A program made the translations under genes and the position numbers. A DNA stretch of 64,000 bases from Mobula birostris (Eukaryota), in the NCBI RefSeq assembly GCF_030028105.1, contig NC_092370.1, positions 70,110,098-70,174,097 of the forward strand, written 5' to 3'. The notes below the pieces were generated by a model. The model was not told the DNA's origin, did no database searches, and saw only the letters and a program-made list of their open reading frames with translations. Below are positions 11,951-25,500 of the stretch, piece by piece (the first letter of the stretch is position 1; each line of letters opens with the position of its first letter).

Positions 11951-14900
11951 GTAAGAGACCACAGCTGCAGAATAGCAAATTTATACTTGCACTGCAGGTA
12001 ACATTTTTGGGAAGGAGAGGTTAAACAGGTTGAGCCCACACACACTAGAGCTTAGGAAAATGAGACATGGTCTGTTGAAAAATAATAGAACAAGAGGGAA
12101 AGCAAAGCTGAATTCAAGGCCAGTTGGTCCATGGCCTTATTTAAAAGTAGAGTATACTCAAAGGGCCATATGTTTCTTTCCTTCACCTGCTTCTAATGTT
12201 TTGTATTCTTATTTTCCAATCATCCTTGGATGCAGACCTAGTCTGAGAGAACTGTAAAGTTGTTAATGTGATATCATTTAAAAAAGGAATGGATCCTATC
12301 ACTGACCAGTCAGCCTAATTCAAGTGCTAATGGGCACATCGATGGAAAATTCTGAAGAATCATTTGGAAAGGCTCTGTTTTATGAAAGATGGTCATCAAT
12401 GACATTTTAACTGAACATTATGTTTAACTCACATGAAATTATGACTTTAAGAAAATAATCAGGACATTGAGGTTAAAAATTTAACACCTGCATAGAACCA
12501 TCTGTCAAAGTCCCACAGAAGACCCTGCATTACAGCCACTTATGGTGTCGAAATTCATCCTTGGAGAATTCACAAATCACTCCTCAAAAAATTGAGGTAC
12601 AAATAAAATTCATGTGGAATGTGTGTAAAAATGTAATTTTTTTCCACCTCTTATTTCTTGAAGTGCAGATGATGGACTTCATGTTATGGAAAGTTTTAAT
12701 ACAAGTAGTTTTCAGGGATCCCTATTCCTCCTCTCCACCACCCCAATCCCCACCCCTATATTAAGAATTCTCCATGAAGTAGTACTGGGCAATTCACATC
12801 GGTAAGTCAAATAAATACAATAAATTATAGTATACCAAGAAGTAGACCACACATCGTAAATCCTCTAATCACTGAGGGCAGCAGACAAACAAGGTGGTAG
12901 ATGGGACACCATTTAATTTAGCTATAGTTCAAAACATGAGAAGTAATACATGAACTATTTAAAACATTTGTTATGTCATAGCTGAAATACTAGTCTCTGT
13001 TCTTTAAACAGAACAGGACTTAATGGCAGTGGATAACATTTCAAGGATTCTACTTGGACGAATAGGAAGTATCTATTTCCCTCAGCAAACAAGTTGAGAG
13101 GACATAACATTCAGGCAATTGTGCTTTGACCCAGAACATACATTTCAAATAATTATGCAGAGTTTGTCCCACTTCTAATAACTGATCATCCAAATAGAGT
13201 AATTGACTTGTGAGACACTGAAAAAGGGAAAGTTGAAAATGCTAGGAAAAAGATACATTCTCAAATTTCTAACCCTTATATTTTAAAATGGTTCCCCCAA
13301 ACAGATTTTAGTTTCCACATATCTTTATTTTCCCAAACACAATATATTTTCCCTGAATGGAAGTTGTTTTTCTGACAAGATTGGACAAGAAAGATGTCAA
13401 GAACTGAGCTCATACCAAAGCATACTCAGCAGCACTGGAATGCCAGTACTTGCAAACAGAGACAACTATAACTTAATTCAGCAAATGACTCATTGTGAGG
13501 TTCCAACTGTGAAGGGCAATTGTAACAGAAGGCCCAATTGCACAGGTGCCTACAAGACCTGAATTATTATGCTGAACAAAAGAATATCCTAATAACAGAA
13601 CACAAGACCTGGATAATGTTTGCAGATACCGTCAATGCAACCTTGGTGAAATTGAGGAATACTTTTTACAGGAGCTGCACAAACAGAAATGCAAATACCA
13701 TATAATCTATTGCAAGATTCTTCTGTCAGAGAAAGCACTGTTCAGCAGTCACCCTGAACCACTCCTCTGTTTGCAGGGATTGTCGCAATGGCCCATGGAT
13801 GAGTTCTGAGGATAATCTCCTTAGAACTATCTGTAATCATGCCTATTTCACTTGCAAACCCACCGGATAGAAAAGGGGCCTGGTCTGTCTTTTTTGCATG
13901 CATGCTGGGTTCTCTTCCCCATTCTTTGTAATTTCTAGAACATATAGCCCTCTAACCTGGTGCTTCTTATTTCTAAGACCTCACTCACAATATACAGCTG
14001 GGCTGTAAGATTTTATGTAAGTGCATATCAGGTTACCACCTTCTGGTCTCTCAGGCCTCTCCATCTGCATGTCCCAGTCTCTTCTTTCTCCTACTATTTT
14101 TATCCTAGTCTACATCGTGAGACACTTCCCGATTTTTTTTCTGTACGTTAATGGATATTATGCGAATACAAGTTGACACTCAGATAAGCTTTTCACCAGC
14201 CCTTGATCACTTAAAACTCAGATAAGGTTTGCGTCAGTTTTTGTCCTCTTAAAGTTGACCCAAGTACACATATTAGGGCCAGTTTCTCAATTGGACAGTA
14301 CGATTTTATTAATGGGAAGCTTTTGAAAAATCAAGAATTGGCCTTCAATACATTAGCAATTACTCAACAAATCACATCCTTTAATTCACTCAACCTGTTC
14401 CGTCTATTTCGCATAGTCTCGCGCGTTTATACTATAACACCAGCAGGATGGAAATGGATTTCATTTCGTGACCCTCAACAACAGATCTTTTGCGTACGTA
14501 ATGCAAACGTCGCCAACATCTTGTAATGTCAGATTTTATTACTGATCATACCCTGAACTTAATCCCCCCAAAAAAAACAAGCTCTGCTGAAATATTTTGC
14601 CGCATCCTTTAGCAGGTAAACCTTACATATTCGCCATGGAGATTGCTGACTTGCATTATACTTTTGACAACGTCCCTGTAAATACTCTGGCTCCATCTGC
14701 AATGAGCTCTGTGCGCAACATTCCAGACTAGGGGTTTACCCTCTGCATCATTAATCGGCAGTTTTTGCTGGATGTCGACCCCTCCCATCCCCAATGAAAA
14801 TTAATGCCCTTGTTTTGCCTAATACCAGAAACACAGTTGCAAATTGTGGGAATGCAGGCAAAACGGCAGTCAGCCTGCAGAGATCTGAAAGCTCTCTCCC

Positions 14901-14996
14901 CATAATAAGCTTTCAATATGAAGGGCTGTTTTTACCAAAGGAAATGTAACTGCAGTTTTGTTCAGTGATTCCTTTAATAAAGCAGCATGCACTCAC

Positions 14997-15105
14997 CACG
15001 AGGACTAGGCTCCTCGACGTACAAAGGCGTTGTAGGAGTGACAATACCAGAGTTATTTGCTGATAACAGTGGAGACCGTTCATCCACCGCATCAGTATCA
15101 GCCAT
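14997..15105 (-). CDS. PIP4P2: PIP4P2/TMEM55A (PI-4,5-P2 4-phosphatase), first coding exon; downstream exons not found in the window
   Basis: Manual translation [36 protein letters not shown]+G matches the PIP4P2 N-terminus as I recall it (human [35 protein letters not shown]), including the ERSPLL dileucine motif. Ends in a phase-1 GTGAGT donor. Divergent from OTUD6B, as in human. Confidence 0.88.
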
Positions 15106-15259
15106 AATTACCGCTCGCAGCCGCACAGCAAAGAATAGAAACGGCGACTGAAGGAGAGGAGAGGAAAGCAGAGCGGCACGCTGCTGGCGGGGAGGAGCTT
15201 AAGTCAGTCACAAGGTGAACACAACATCTGATTCCGCAAATTTTGTTTTCCCATAGAGC

Positions 15260-17240
15260 GAGACTGAGAGAGGGGGTGGAGAAAAGATTAGGGGCTGAGA
15301 AGAGAGGAAGTATAGGGGAGATGGAGAGAGGGGTGGGGATAGAGGAGAGTAAGATGGATAGGGGAAAGCGAGAGGGGGAGGAGGCGAGGAGTAGCTGAAT
15401 AATAGGGGGTGGGGTGGGGTGAGGGGGCAAGGAGGGACGAGTGGGGAAGGGGGACAAGGAAGAAGAGAAAGAGGACGAGGGGGAGGGGCAGAGAAAGGTT
15501 GTAAGGGGCGAGGAGAGGAGCAAGGAGTGAGGATGGTGGGCGAGGAGTGGGAAGGGCGGCTGAGGAGGCGTCAGGAGAGGGGCGTGGAAAGGGGGTGAGG
15601 AGAGGGGAGGATTGGCAAGGAGTGGAGAGTGGGGAGAGGGGTGAGGAGGAGGGGCTAGGAGTGGAGAGGGACCGGGGAGAGGGGTGAGGGGGCAGAGAAA
15701 GGTTATGAGGGGGCGAGGAGAGGGGTTGAAAGGGTGAGTGGGGTGAGGATTGGCATTGAATGAGTGGGAAGGGTGTGGAAAGGGGCTGAATGGGTGAGGG
15801 GGCAAGGAGAAGGAAGAGGAGCAAAGAGGTTGAGGGGTGAGGAGTAGAGAGGAGGCAAGGAGAGAGTCTGTGGGTGAGGGGGGTGAGGGAAGGGACGTGG
15901 GTAAGAAGGGACAAGGAGAGGGGCTGAAGGGTTGGAGAGGCGAGCTGAATGAGGAACAAGGAGTGGGGAGAGGGAAGAGGGGCTGAGTGGGTACGAGGAC
16001 CGAGGAATGGGGAGAAGGGCTGAGGCAGGAGAGTGGGCGAGGAGGGTGTCTGTGGTTGAGAAGGTGGAGGGGCTGAGGGGTGTAGGGCAAGAAGAGGGGC
16101 AGAGAGGGTGAGAGGCTGTGGTTTAGAGGGAGCGAGGACTGCGAAGAGAGGATGTGGGGTGAGGAGAGGGGCTGAGGGGATGAGAGGGGGTGAGGAGCAG
16201 GGAGAGGAAAGGGCTGTGGATGAGAGAGGTGTGTGGGGGTGAGGAGTGGTGAGAGGGGGCCAAGGAGTGGTGAGAGGGACTGTGGAGATTGTGGAGGTGA
16301 GGAGTGGGGAGATGGGGGAAAGAGAAAGGCAACAGGAGTGGGGAGAGTGTAGAGAGGGAGAGAGGCTAGAGGAGTGTGGAAAGGGGAGGCAGGGGAGTGG
16401 GGTGAGAGGAGATGGCGAGGGGGGAGGGGGAGAGGGAGATGGGGCAGAGGAGTAGGGGTGGAGAGGAGAGGATGAAATGGAGAAATGAGAGGGGAGGGCG
16501 CGAGGGATGTGGTGAGACGAAGGAGGAAAGGAGAAAGTACGGATGGGGACGTTGGCACGGTGGGTGGTGAAAGTTGAAGGGGGGGAGGAGGAAGGAACAG
16601 ATGGAGTGGTCGAGGAGGGGGAATGGTTTTAGGGTGAGGGAGGGTGGAAGGGAGAGTGGAATAATGCAGATTTGGAGGGGGAGCAGGAATTTGTGAGGGA
16701 GGGTGGAAGGGAAAGTGGAATAATGCAGATTTGGAGGGGGAGCAGGAATTTGTGAGGGAGGATGAAGGAGGAGAGGGACAGGGAAGAGAGCGTGAGGATG
16801 TGTTGGGGATCATAGTGGAGGGGCTAGTGATAGAATAGGGGAGGGTGGGGAGAGGGAGGACAGGTGGGAAGATGGAGAGGGGAGGAGGGATGGGGCGTAG
16901 AGAGGAGTGGTTAGCGGGTGGGGGGGAAGAGGAGGGTGTGTAGAGAATGGGGTGGGAAGGGGTTGGGAGAGGAAAAAGGAATGGTGGGACTGGGGAGGTG
17001 GGGAAGAGAATGGAATGGAGGAATGTGGTGAGTTAGGTGAGAGGAGGGGGTGGAGTGGGGATGGATGAGGTGGGGATGTGATGAGGGGATAGAGAGTGGG
17101 GACAGGGAGTGATGGAGGAGGGAGTGGAGGGATGGGCAATGGAGAGGAGGGGTGGGGTGGGGGAAGGTTTGAGGAGGAGGAGAGGGTGAAGGAGGGGTGA
17201 GAAGGGGTTGTGGAGAATAGAGTAAGGAGGGATAGTTGGT
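15260..17240. repeat. About 2-kb purine (G/A)-rich low-complexity tract upstream of the PIP4P2 ATG
   Basis: Plus strand dominated by GGAG/GAGG/GGGG runs; includes a 59-bp tandem duplication at 16634-16760. Confidence 0.85.
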
Positions 17241-19006
17241 GGGTCGCAGGTCGGTACCTGATACTCTAGCAGTTGTGTGTTGGGGAGCATGTTGAGGGTT
17301 GTAGGCATAACTCACTGACTTGGCAGATATCCTAGTCTAGCTGTGAACTAAGAAGACCACATTTTCACAGGAGCGATCAATGTCAGTCATTCCAAGAATA
17401 ACTTGTTACATGTCTCTCTGTGATTACTCAAACAGGGATTGATGTCATCACACAGATTTGTGATGTAAAATCAGGATCTTGATGCTTGGATGACACACAT
17501 CGTGAAGTGCCTGTTCAAATTTCCAAGTGGTGTGAGATAATGTAGAAATAGTTGTAACAGTATTTCACTCTGGAAAGGTCAATTGCCATTGCATAAAGTT
17601 GTAAGGTGGGCAGTGTTATGGAACTGAACTTCAAAGCACATGTTTATACGGGGTGTCAAATGTCCATTTATCCACTGCTTTCTGATTTCTTTCTGGTTAT
17701 CTCATTGTGTTTGCTGATGAAACACCAACCTTCTGAGCCAATGTAGAATTTGATGCTTCTCTAAGCAACACTATAAACTACTAGTTGACACAAGAGTTGG
17801 GATTTTGGTTAGTAACATGCATCTCTGTGGATGTAGGTCTGGATAACGGCTTCAGCACATGAATGAAGGCACTTATCTGAAGCTCAGATGAGGTTGCTCT
17901 AGCAAACAAAATGAAAGAAAATCCTGAGGGCTTCTACAGATATATTAATAGCAAAATGATAGTAAGGGACAAAATTGCTCCTCTGAAAGATCAGAATGGT
18001 AATCTATGCATGGAGCTGAAAGAGATGGAGATCTTGAATGGATTTTTTGAATCTGTATTTACTCGGGAGACGGATACAGAGTCTTGTGAGGCAATGCAGC
18101 AGCAAAATTATGGACCCCATACAGATGACAGTGGAGGAGGTGTTTACTGTCCTAAGAGAAATTGGGACAGATAATTCCACAGGGCCTGACAATGTGTTTC
18201 CCTTGGACCCCTGTGGGAGGCAAGTGCAGAAATTGCGGGGGCCCTTGCAGTGATATTTAAAACATCCATAGCTACGGATGTGAGGTGCTGGAGGTTTGGA
18301 GGATAGTTAATGTTGTTCCGTTGTTTAAGAAATGCTCTAAGAACAAGCCAGGAAATTATAGGCCACTGAAACTGACATCGGTAGTGGGAAAGTTATTGGA
18401 AGGTACTTGAAGGGACCTGATATATAAGTATTTGGATAGACAGGGACTGATTAGGGATAACGCAGCTTTGAGCAGATCCATAATTCAAAGTATATCTTTT
18501 GATGTTAAGCTCCCAGCTATGGCCTTCTTTTAGCCACGACTCAGGGCATTTTGTTAAAAGGAACAATAGTATGGACTATTGTGAAATAGGGAGGAGACTC
18601 AAACGTCCGAGATGCAGAGGGACTTAGGAGTCGTTATGCAAGACTCTCAGAAGGTTAATTTCAAGTCTGTGGTAAAGAAGGCAAATGCAATTTTGTCATT
18701 TCTTTCAAGGGGAATAGAATATATTAGCAAGGAAACATATAAATCTACAGCACATTACTGGCCCTTCGGCCCACAATGCTGTATGACCATTTAACCAACG
18801 CTAGAAGCTGCCTAGAATTTTCCTACTGCATAGCCCTCTATTTTTCTAAGCTCCATGCACCTATTTAAGTGTCCCTTAAAATACCCTATTGTATCCGCCT
18901 CTACCAACTTCGCTGGCAGTACATTTCACACACCCACCACTTCCTGTGTGAAAAACCTCTGACATCCCCTTGTACCTGCTTTCAAGCACCTTAGAATTGT
19001 GCCCCG

Positions 19007-19390
19007 CAACACACATCAAAGTTGCTGGTGAACGCAGCAGGCCAGGCAGCATCTCTAGGAAGAGGTACAGTCGACGTTTCGGGCCAAAACCCTTCATCAG
19101 GACTAACTGAAAGAAGAGCTAGTAAGAGATTTGAAAGTGGGAGGGGGAGATCCAAAATGATAGGAGAAGACAGGAGGGGTAGGGATGGAGCTATGAGCTG
19201 GACAGTTGATTGGCAAAAGGGATATGAGAGGATCATGGAACAGGATGCCTAGGGAGAATGAAAAGGGGGAGGCGGGGAAAACCCAGAGGATGCGCAAGGG
19301 GTATAGTGAACAGAGGGAGAAAAAGGAGAGAGAGAAAAAGAATGTGTGTATATAAATAAATCACGGATGGGGTATGGGGGGGAGGTGGGT
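19007..19390 (-). mobile_element. PLE pLTR copy nested in CR1
   Basis: Reverse complement of the pLTR seen at 5520-5907 and 39360-39750. Confidence 0.8.
19069..19104 (-). ncRNA. Minimal type I hammerhead ribozyme motif
   Basis: Minus strand reads AGTC-CTGATGA-AGGGTTTTGGCCC-GAAAC-GTC-GACT. Confidence 0.75.
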
Positions 19391-22300
19391 TACAATTACA
19401 GAGGAAGTGCAGTGCAGGCAGACAAGAAGTGCAGGGCCATGATGAGGAGGTTTTGAGGACATGAATCCATCTTAATATACTATGGGACTGTATAATAGTC
19501 TTATAACAGTGTGATAGAAGCTGTCCCTGACCCTGATGGCCCTCGTGTTAGCCATTTTAGCCCTAGGGAAAAAGCCTTTGTTATCCACACGATCAATGTC
19601 TCTCATCATCTTATACACCTCTATCAGTCACCTCTCATCCTCCGTCGCTCCAAGGTGCAAAGGCCAAGTTCACTCAACCTGTTCTCATAAGGCATGCTCT
19701 TCAATCCAGGCAACATCCTTATTAATCTCCTCTGCACTCTCCATAGTATCCATATCCTTCCTGTAATGAGGTGATCAGAACTGAACACAGTACTCCAAGT
19801 GGGGTCTAACTAAGGTCTTGTATAGCTGTAACATTACCTCACGGCTCTTGAATTCAATCCCACGGTTGATGAAGGCCAAGACACCATATGCCTTCTTAAC
19901 ACTGTCAACCTGCGCAGCAGCTTTGACTACCCTATTGATATGGACCCCAAGAGCTCGCTGATCCTCCACACTGCCAAGAGTCTTATCACAATATTATATT
20001 CTGTCTTCAAATTTGACTTACTGAAACGAACCACTTCACACTTATCTGGGTTGAACTCCATTTGCCACTTCTCAGCCCAGTTCTCCATCCTACCGATGTC
20101 CCGCTGTAACCTCTGATAACCCTCCAGACTATCCATAACACCCCCAACTTTTGTGTCATTAGCAAACTTAGTAACCTACCCTTCTACTTCTTCATCCAGG
20201 TCATTTATAAAATTCACAAAAAGGATGGGTCCCAGAACAGATTCCTGTGGAAAACCACTGGTCACTGTCCTTCTTGCAGAATACAAACCATCCACAACCA
20301 CCCTTTGCCTTCTGTGGTCAAGCTAATTCTGGATCCATAAAGCAAGGTCTCCTTGGATCCCATGCCTCATTACTTTCTGAATGAGCCTCACATGGGGAAC
20401 CTTTTCAAATACCTGCTGAAATCCATATACACAACATCCATTGCTTTACCTTCATGAATGTGTTTTGTTACATCCTCAAAGAATTCAATCAGGTTCGTAA
20501 GGCATAACCTGCCCTTGTCAAAGCCATGCTGACTATCCCTAAGCAAGAAGATAATATTGAGCCTTTATAAGACACTAGACAGGCTGAACTTGGAGTCAAT
20601 AGTTTTAGGCCTCATAACTCAGAAAGGGTGTGTTGTCATTGGAGATAGTCCAGAGGAGATTCATAAGGATGATTCTGGGAATGAAGGGGTTAATATATGA
20701 AGAACGCTTGGTTGCTTTGGGCCAGTTCTCACTGGAATTTAGAAGACTAAAGGGGGGAAGGGAGAATCTCATTGAAACCTACTGATTGTTGAAAGGATTA
20801 GATAAGGTAGATGTGAAGAGGTTGTTTCCTATGGTGGGGTATCCAGAACTAGAAGGCACAGCCTCAAAATTGAGAGGCAAACTTTTAGAACGGAGATTAG
20901 GAGGATTTTATTTTTAGCCAAACAGTAGTGAATCTGTGGAACACTCTGCCACAGTCTGCAGTGGAGGCCAAGTCCTTGGGTATATTTAAAGTGGAAGTTG
21001 ATAGTTTCCTGAATGGTCAGGGCATCAAAGGTTATAGCAAGAAGGTAGGTGTATGGGGTTGAATGGGATCCGGGATCAGCCATGATGGAATGGTGGAGCA
21101 GACTCAATGGACTGAATAGCCTAATTCTGCTGCTATGTCTTATTGTGATGAGCAGGTAAGGAGATAAGGTGAGAGTGCAAAATGGGAATGGTGAAAGAGG
21201 GTGGGCATTTCCTGAAGCTTGAGAAATCGATGTTCATGCCATCAGGTTGGAGGCTACCCAGATGGAATATAAGGTGTTGTTTACACAAGATGCTGGTTTT
21301 AATATCACTGACATATATCATGAAATATGTTGTTAATAAAAAAAAAGCTATAGATTACAAATTAAATTGAATTAGTGGTGTGAAAAGAGAACAAAAAATA
21401 GTGAGGTGCATGGGTTCGTTGTCGATTCAGAAATCTCACAGCTACCATGACTTTCTTTCCTCGAACATTTCCATGGCCCGAAACGTCAACTGTACTTTTT
21501 TCCCCATAAATGCTGCCTGGCCTGCAGAGTTCCTCCAGCATTTTGTGTGTGTTGCTTGGCTTTCCAGCACCTGCAGATTTTCTCATTTGTTGTTACTCTA
21601 ATAAATTTTGTTACACGTATTTCGATCAGAAGGTGGTTGGATGGACAAAATGTTCTGCTTACTCAATGCCACATTCGAGCCGGCTTGGGCAGAGGTAATC
21701 AAGAAACCAATTACATTGACAGAAGAAGTTGCCTGTTATTTTAAAAAAATACATATATTTAAATTTTTTTCCTGAATTAAGTCATCAGTTGTTGAATGTA
21801 GAAACCCAGGCGATATTTCTCAGCTGTTTTTTCTTGGGTGGCATGACATTACAACCAGGGTGGGCACAGTAAGACTGCAAAGTGAGTGGCAGGCAAACAT
21901 TCCCTCAGACAATCTGGCCTAATATTTTACCACACACTTCAATTCAATGAGGTATAATAGCTATACCTCTACAACTAGATATTTAATATAGAGGCCACTT
22001 CTTACTTTTATAAAAAATATCGCTGTAATAAACGGTATTCTTGAACCAAATTTACAGTGATATTTTAAGTCATGTAAACTCAGAATGAAAGGTTAATTAT
22101 GCTTATCGGAATATACGATAAATGCCTACAAGTTGCTTCGTTTAAAAAATTAACTGCTTGTAGTTGCAAGTTGTCAATGTAAGGTCAGCGAGCTGTTGGT
22201 CTCGAGAAATGGTACAGCTGGAAGTAATATAAATCTTCCAAATATAAAAATACTGTTCAATTGATCGCATCTGGGTTTAACTACCTAAGAATACTCAATT

Positions 22301-22482
22301 AATATTTTATATTTGGTGTGCGGTCCTGCATTTCACGTAGTGACAAGGGGCAGTATTGTGTGATGCACATCACACCATGTGGTACAGCTTTAATTTTTTG
22401 GGGGACAGGGTTGAAAGGGCAAACGTGAGAGGTGGTGCTGCCGCTCTGTTCGTAGGCCGCAGAGAAGTGTGCTGCTAACGCC

Positions 22483-22552
22483 ATGGAGGAAATAGAAACG
22501 GAGGAGAACAAGCTTTTAAAAAGACACCGCAAAGAAAAGAAGGAATTGCAGG
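22483..22552 (+). CDS. OTUD6B: OTUD6B exon 1 (coding part)
   Basis: Kozak context gccATGG; [23 protein letters not shown]; donor G|gtacgc. Confidence 0.92.
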
Positions 22553-25500
22553 GTACGCGAAATCCAGCTGACGAAGGCGAGGGCTGAGGGCCGGGGGTCA
22601 GTGTGCTCTGCGGAGCCTGCGCTTTCCAGCAGCGAGGTCGCGGGCACCGTGCTGCCTGCTTGCAGGGAGCAAGGCCTCCTGCTGGAACTCTGATTCCAAC
22701 TCGATGGATCTTCTCCCTCCCGCCAGATTCTCTTCCCCTTCCGACTGGCTCCTCTTACCCCCCCCCCCCCCACCACCACCACCACCACCACCGGCTCCCC
22801 CGTGGCTCCTCTCCTCGCCCTCTCCCCCCACCCCCACCCCACTCTCCTCTCCGACTGGCTCCTCTTACCCCCCCCCCCACCACCACCACCACCTCCCCCG
22901 TGGCTCCTCTCCTCGCCCTCTCCCCCACCCCCACCCCACTCTCCTCTCCGACTGGCTCCACTTACCCCCCCCCCCCACCACCACCACCACCGGCTCCCCC
23001 GTGGCTCCTCTCCTCGCCCTCTCCCCCACCCCACTCTCCTCTCCCACTGGCTCCACTTACCCCCCCCACCACCACCACCGGCTCCCCCGTGGCTCCTCTC
23101 CTCGCCCTCTCCCCCACCCCACTCTCCTCTCCCACTGGCTCCACTTACCCCCCCCACCACCACCACCGGCTCCCCCGTGGCTCCTCTCCTCGCCCTCTCC
23201 CCCACCCCCACCCCACTCTCCTCTCCGACTGGCTCCACTTACCCCCCCCCCCACCACCACCACCACCGGCTCCCCCGTGGCTCCTCTCCTCGCCCTCTCC
23301 CCCACCCCCACCCCCACCCCACTCTCCTCTCCGACTGGCTCCACTTACCCCCCCACCCACCACCACCACCACCGGCTCCCCCGTGGCTCCTCTCCTCGCC
23401 CTCTCCCCCACCCCACTCTCCTCTCCCACTGGCTCCACTTACCCCCCCACCACCACCACCGGCTCCCCCGTGGCTCCTCTCCTCGCCCTCTCCCCCACCC
23501 CCACCCCACTCTCCTCTCCGACTGGCTCCACTTACCCCCCCCCCCACCACCACCACCACCGGCTCCCCCGTGGCTCCTCTCCTCGCCCTCTCCCCCACCC
23601 CCACCCCACTCTCCTCTCCGACTGGCTCCACTTACCCCCCCCCCCCACCACCACCACCACCGGCTCCCCCGTGGCTCCTCTCCTCGCCCTCTCCCCCACC
23701 CCCACCCCCACCCCACTCTCCTCTCCGACTGGCTCCACTTACCCCCCCACCCACCACCACCACCACCGGCTCCCCCGTGGCTCCTCTCCTCGCCCTCTCC
23801 CCCACCCCACTCTCCTCTCCCACTGGCTCCACTTACCCCCCCACCACCACCACCGGCTCCCCCGTGGCTCCTCTCCTCGCCCTCTCCCCCACCCCCACCC
23901 CACTCTCCTCTCCGACTGGCTCCACTTACCCCCCCACCCACCACCACCACCACCGGCTCCCCCGTGGCTCCTCTCCTCGCCCTCTCCCCCACCCCACTCT
24001 CCTCTCCCACTGGCTCCACTTACCCCCCCACCACCACCACCGGCTCCCCCGTGGCTCCTCTCCTCGCCCTCTCCCCCACCCCCACCCCACTCTCCTCTCC
24101 GACTGGCTCCACTTACCCCCCCCCCCCACCACCACCACCACCGGCTCCCCCGTGGCTCCTCTCCTCGCCCTCTCCCCCACCCCACTCTCCTCTCCGACTG
24201 GCTCCACTTACCCCCCCCCCCCACCACCACCACCACCACCACCGGCTCCCCCCCCCACCACCACCGGCTCCCCCGTGGCTCCTCTCCTCGCCCTCTCCCC
24301 CACCCCACTCTCCTCTCCCACTGGCTCCACTTACCCCCCCACCACCACCACCGGCTCCCCCGTGGCTCCTCTCCTCGCCCTCTCCCCCACCCCCACCCCA
24401 CTCTCCTCTCCCACTGGCTCCACTTACCCCCCCCCCAACGATCCCAAAAGGTCTTCTTCCCACCCTCCCAATAGCTCCTCTTCCCCCACTCCACCCTCAC
24501 TGGAAGCTGTCTTCCCCTGCCCCCCATCCCACCCCTCACTACCGCCAGCTCCTCTCCCAACACCTCTTCCCATCCTGCCAGCTTGCACTACTCCTTGCAC
24601 TAGAAAGTAGTAATTCAACGAATAATAAATTATATTAGTGCATTCAGCTACTTCATTTCAAGTAATCCTAAATTTAAATTAGGCACAGTATTAGTGCTGC
24701 TAATATGTTTATTGTGCTTGAAAAGATGTTATAATTTCAATGAGGTTTCCGTTTTCTCCACTGTTGGCATAAAAACGTGATGCCTATCTAGTCCGCAGTT
24801 ACATGTTGAGAGGATGTTTCATTCAGGGTTGGAGATGTACCCAAGTCTATTGAAAACATCTAGGTTCTTTACATGTGCTACAATTTTCAGTGGGAAATGT
24901 CCTTTTGGTGAAATAGAAAGTAGGAAGGCAAGAAAGTACAAATAACTGGTAGATTATATATTGTTCCCCCAAAACCATATTGAGCCTTTGTTTTGATTGC
25001 TGTTTGATCTAAAATGGAAATTTAAAAAAATTAATATGTACTGTTTTGTATAAATCACTTTATTGCCAGTGAGAAAGTAAATCAGAACCCTTACTGAACA
25101 ATGAAAAAAATTGATGTAATGGATTTTATTTTAAAAGCAATATTGCTGTGAATAAAGCAAGAATATTATAACAGTTTCATTTTAAAAAATGTACTTTATA
25201 ACTTAGGATTTAGATGCAGATTTATCCAGAGACAAAGTAGCTTATTAGGATGATAAGCATAACAGCCAAGGGTAAAATTATTCAAAGATTGGGATAAATT
25301 TGTATGCCCTGTCTTTCAATTAGGATTGCATTTCTTATAAATTTGAATAAATCCTGAATAATGCTTCAGTAAGTAATTATAATTATCTCTGCTTGTGGTA
25401 CTATACTACTTTTGCTGATTTACCTGACATAGTCTGGAAAGTTATGTTACTTAAGGATATTACTGAACAACTCTCAGGGTTTGAACTTAGTCTAATGATT

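Larger units (their letters stand above)
17885..21140. mobile_element. CR1 cluster: plus fragments (17885-18460; 18545-18733 continuing at 20545-21140) and a nested minus CR1 (~18734-20544)
   Basis: KENP.GFY.YI, PGNYRP..LTSVVGK and [14 protein letters not shown] motifs; CR1 3' UTR near 21075-21135. Confidence 0.7.

Noticed and set aside
13410-13470. Minus-strand ASTGIPVLL resembling PIP4P2 exon 2 (DASGIPVINCRVC)
   Set aside because: Lacks the flanking LPPPY and CRVC motifs; probably chance. Exon 2 likely lies outside the window.
15098-17315. 571-aa Pro/Ser/Leu-rich minus-strand ORF and neighbours
   Set aside because: Product of the polypurine tract; not in frame with PIP4P2 and no domain signal.
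22741-24436. Possible CRISPR-like array
   Set aside because: No unique spacers, vertebrate context, no cas genes; an ordinary tandem repeat.
22516-24638. 600+ aa Pro/His/Thr-rich and Gly/Trp-rich ORFs
   Set aside because: Open frames in a stop-free minisatellite inside OTUD6B intron 1; all frames give low-complexity peptides.
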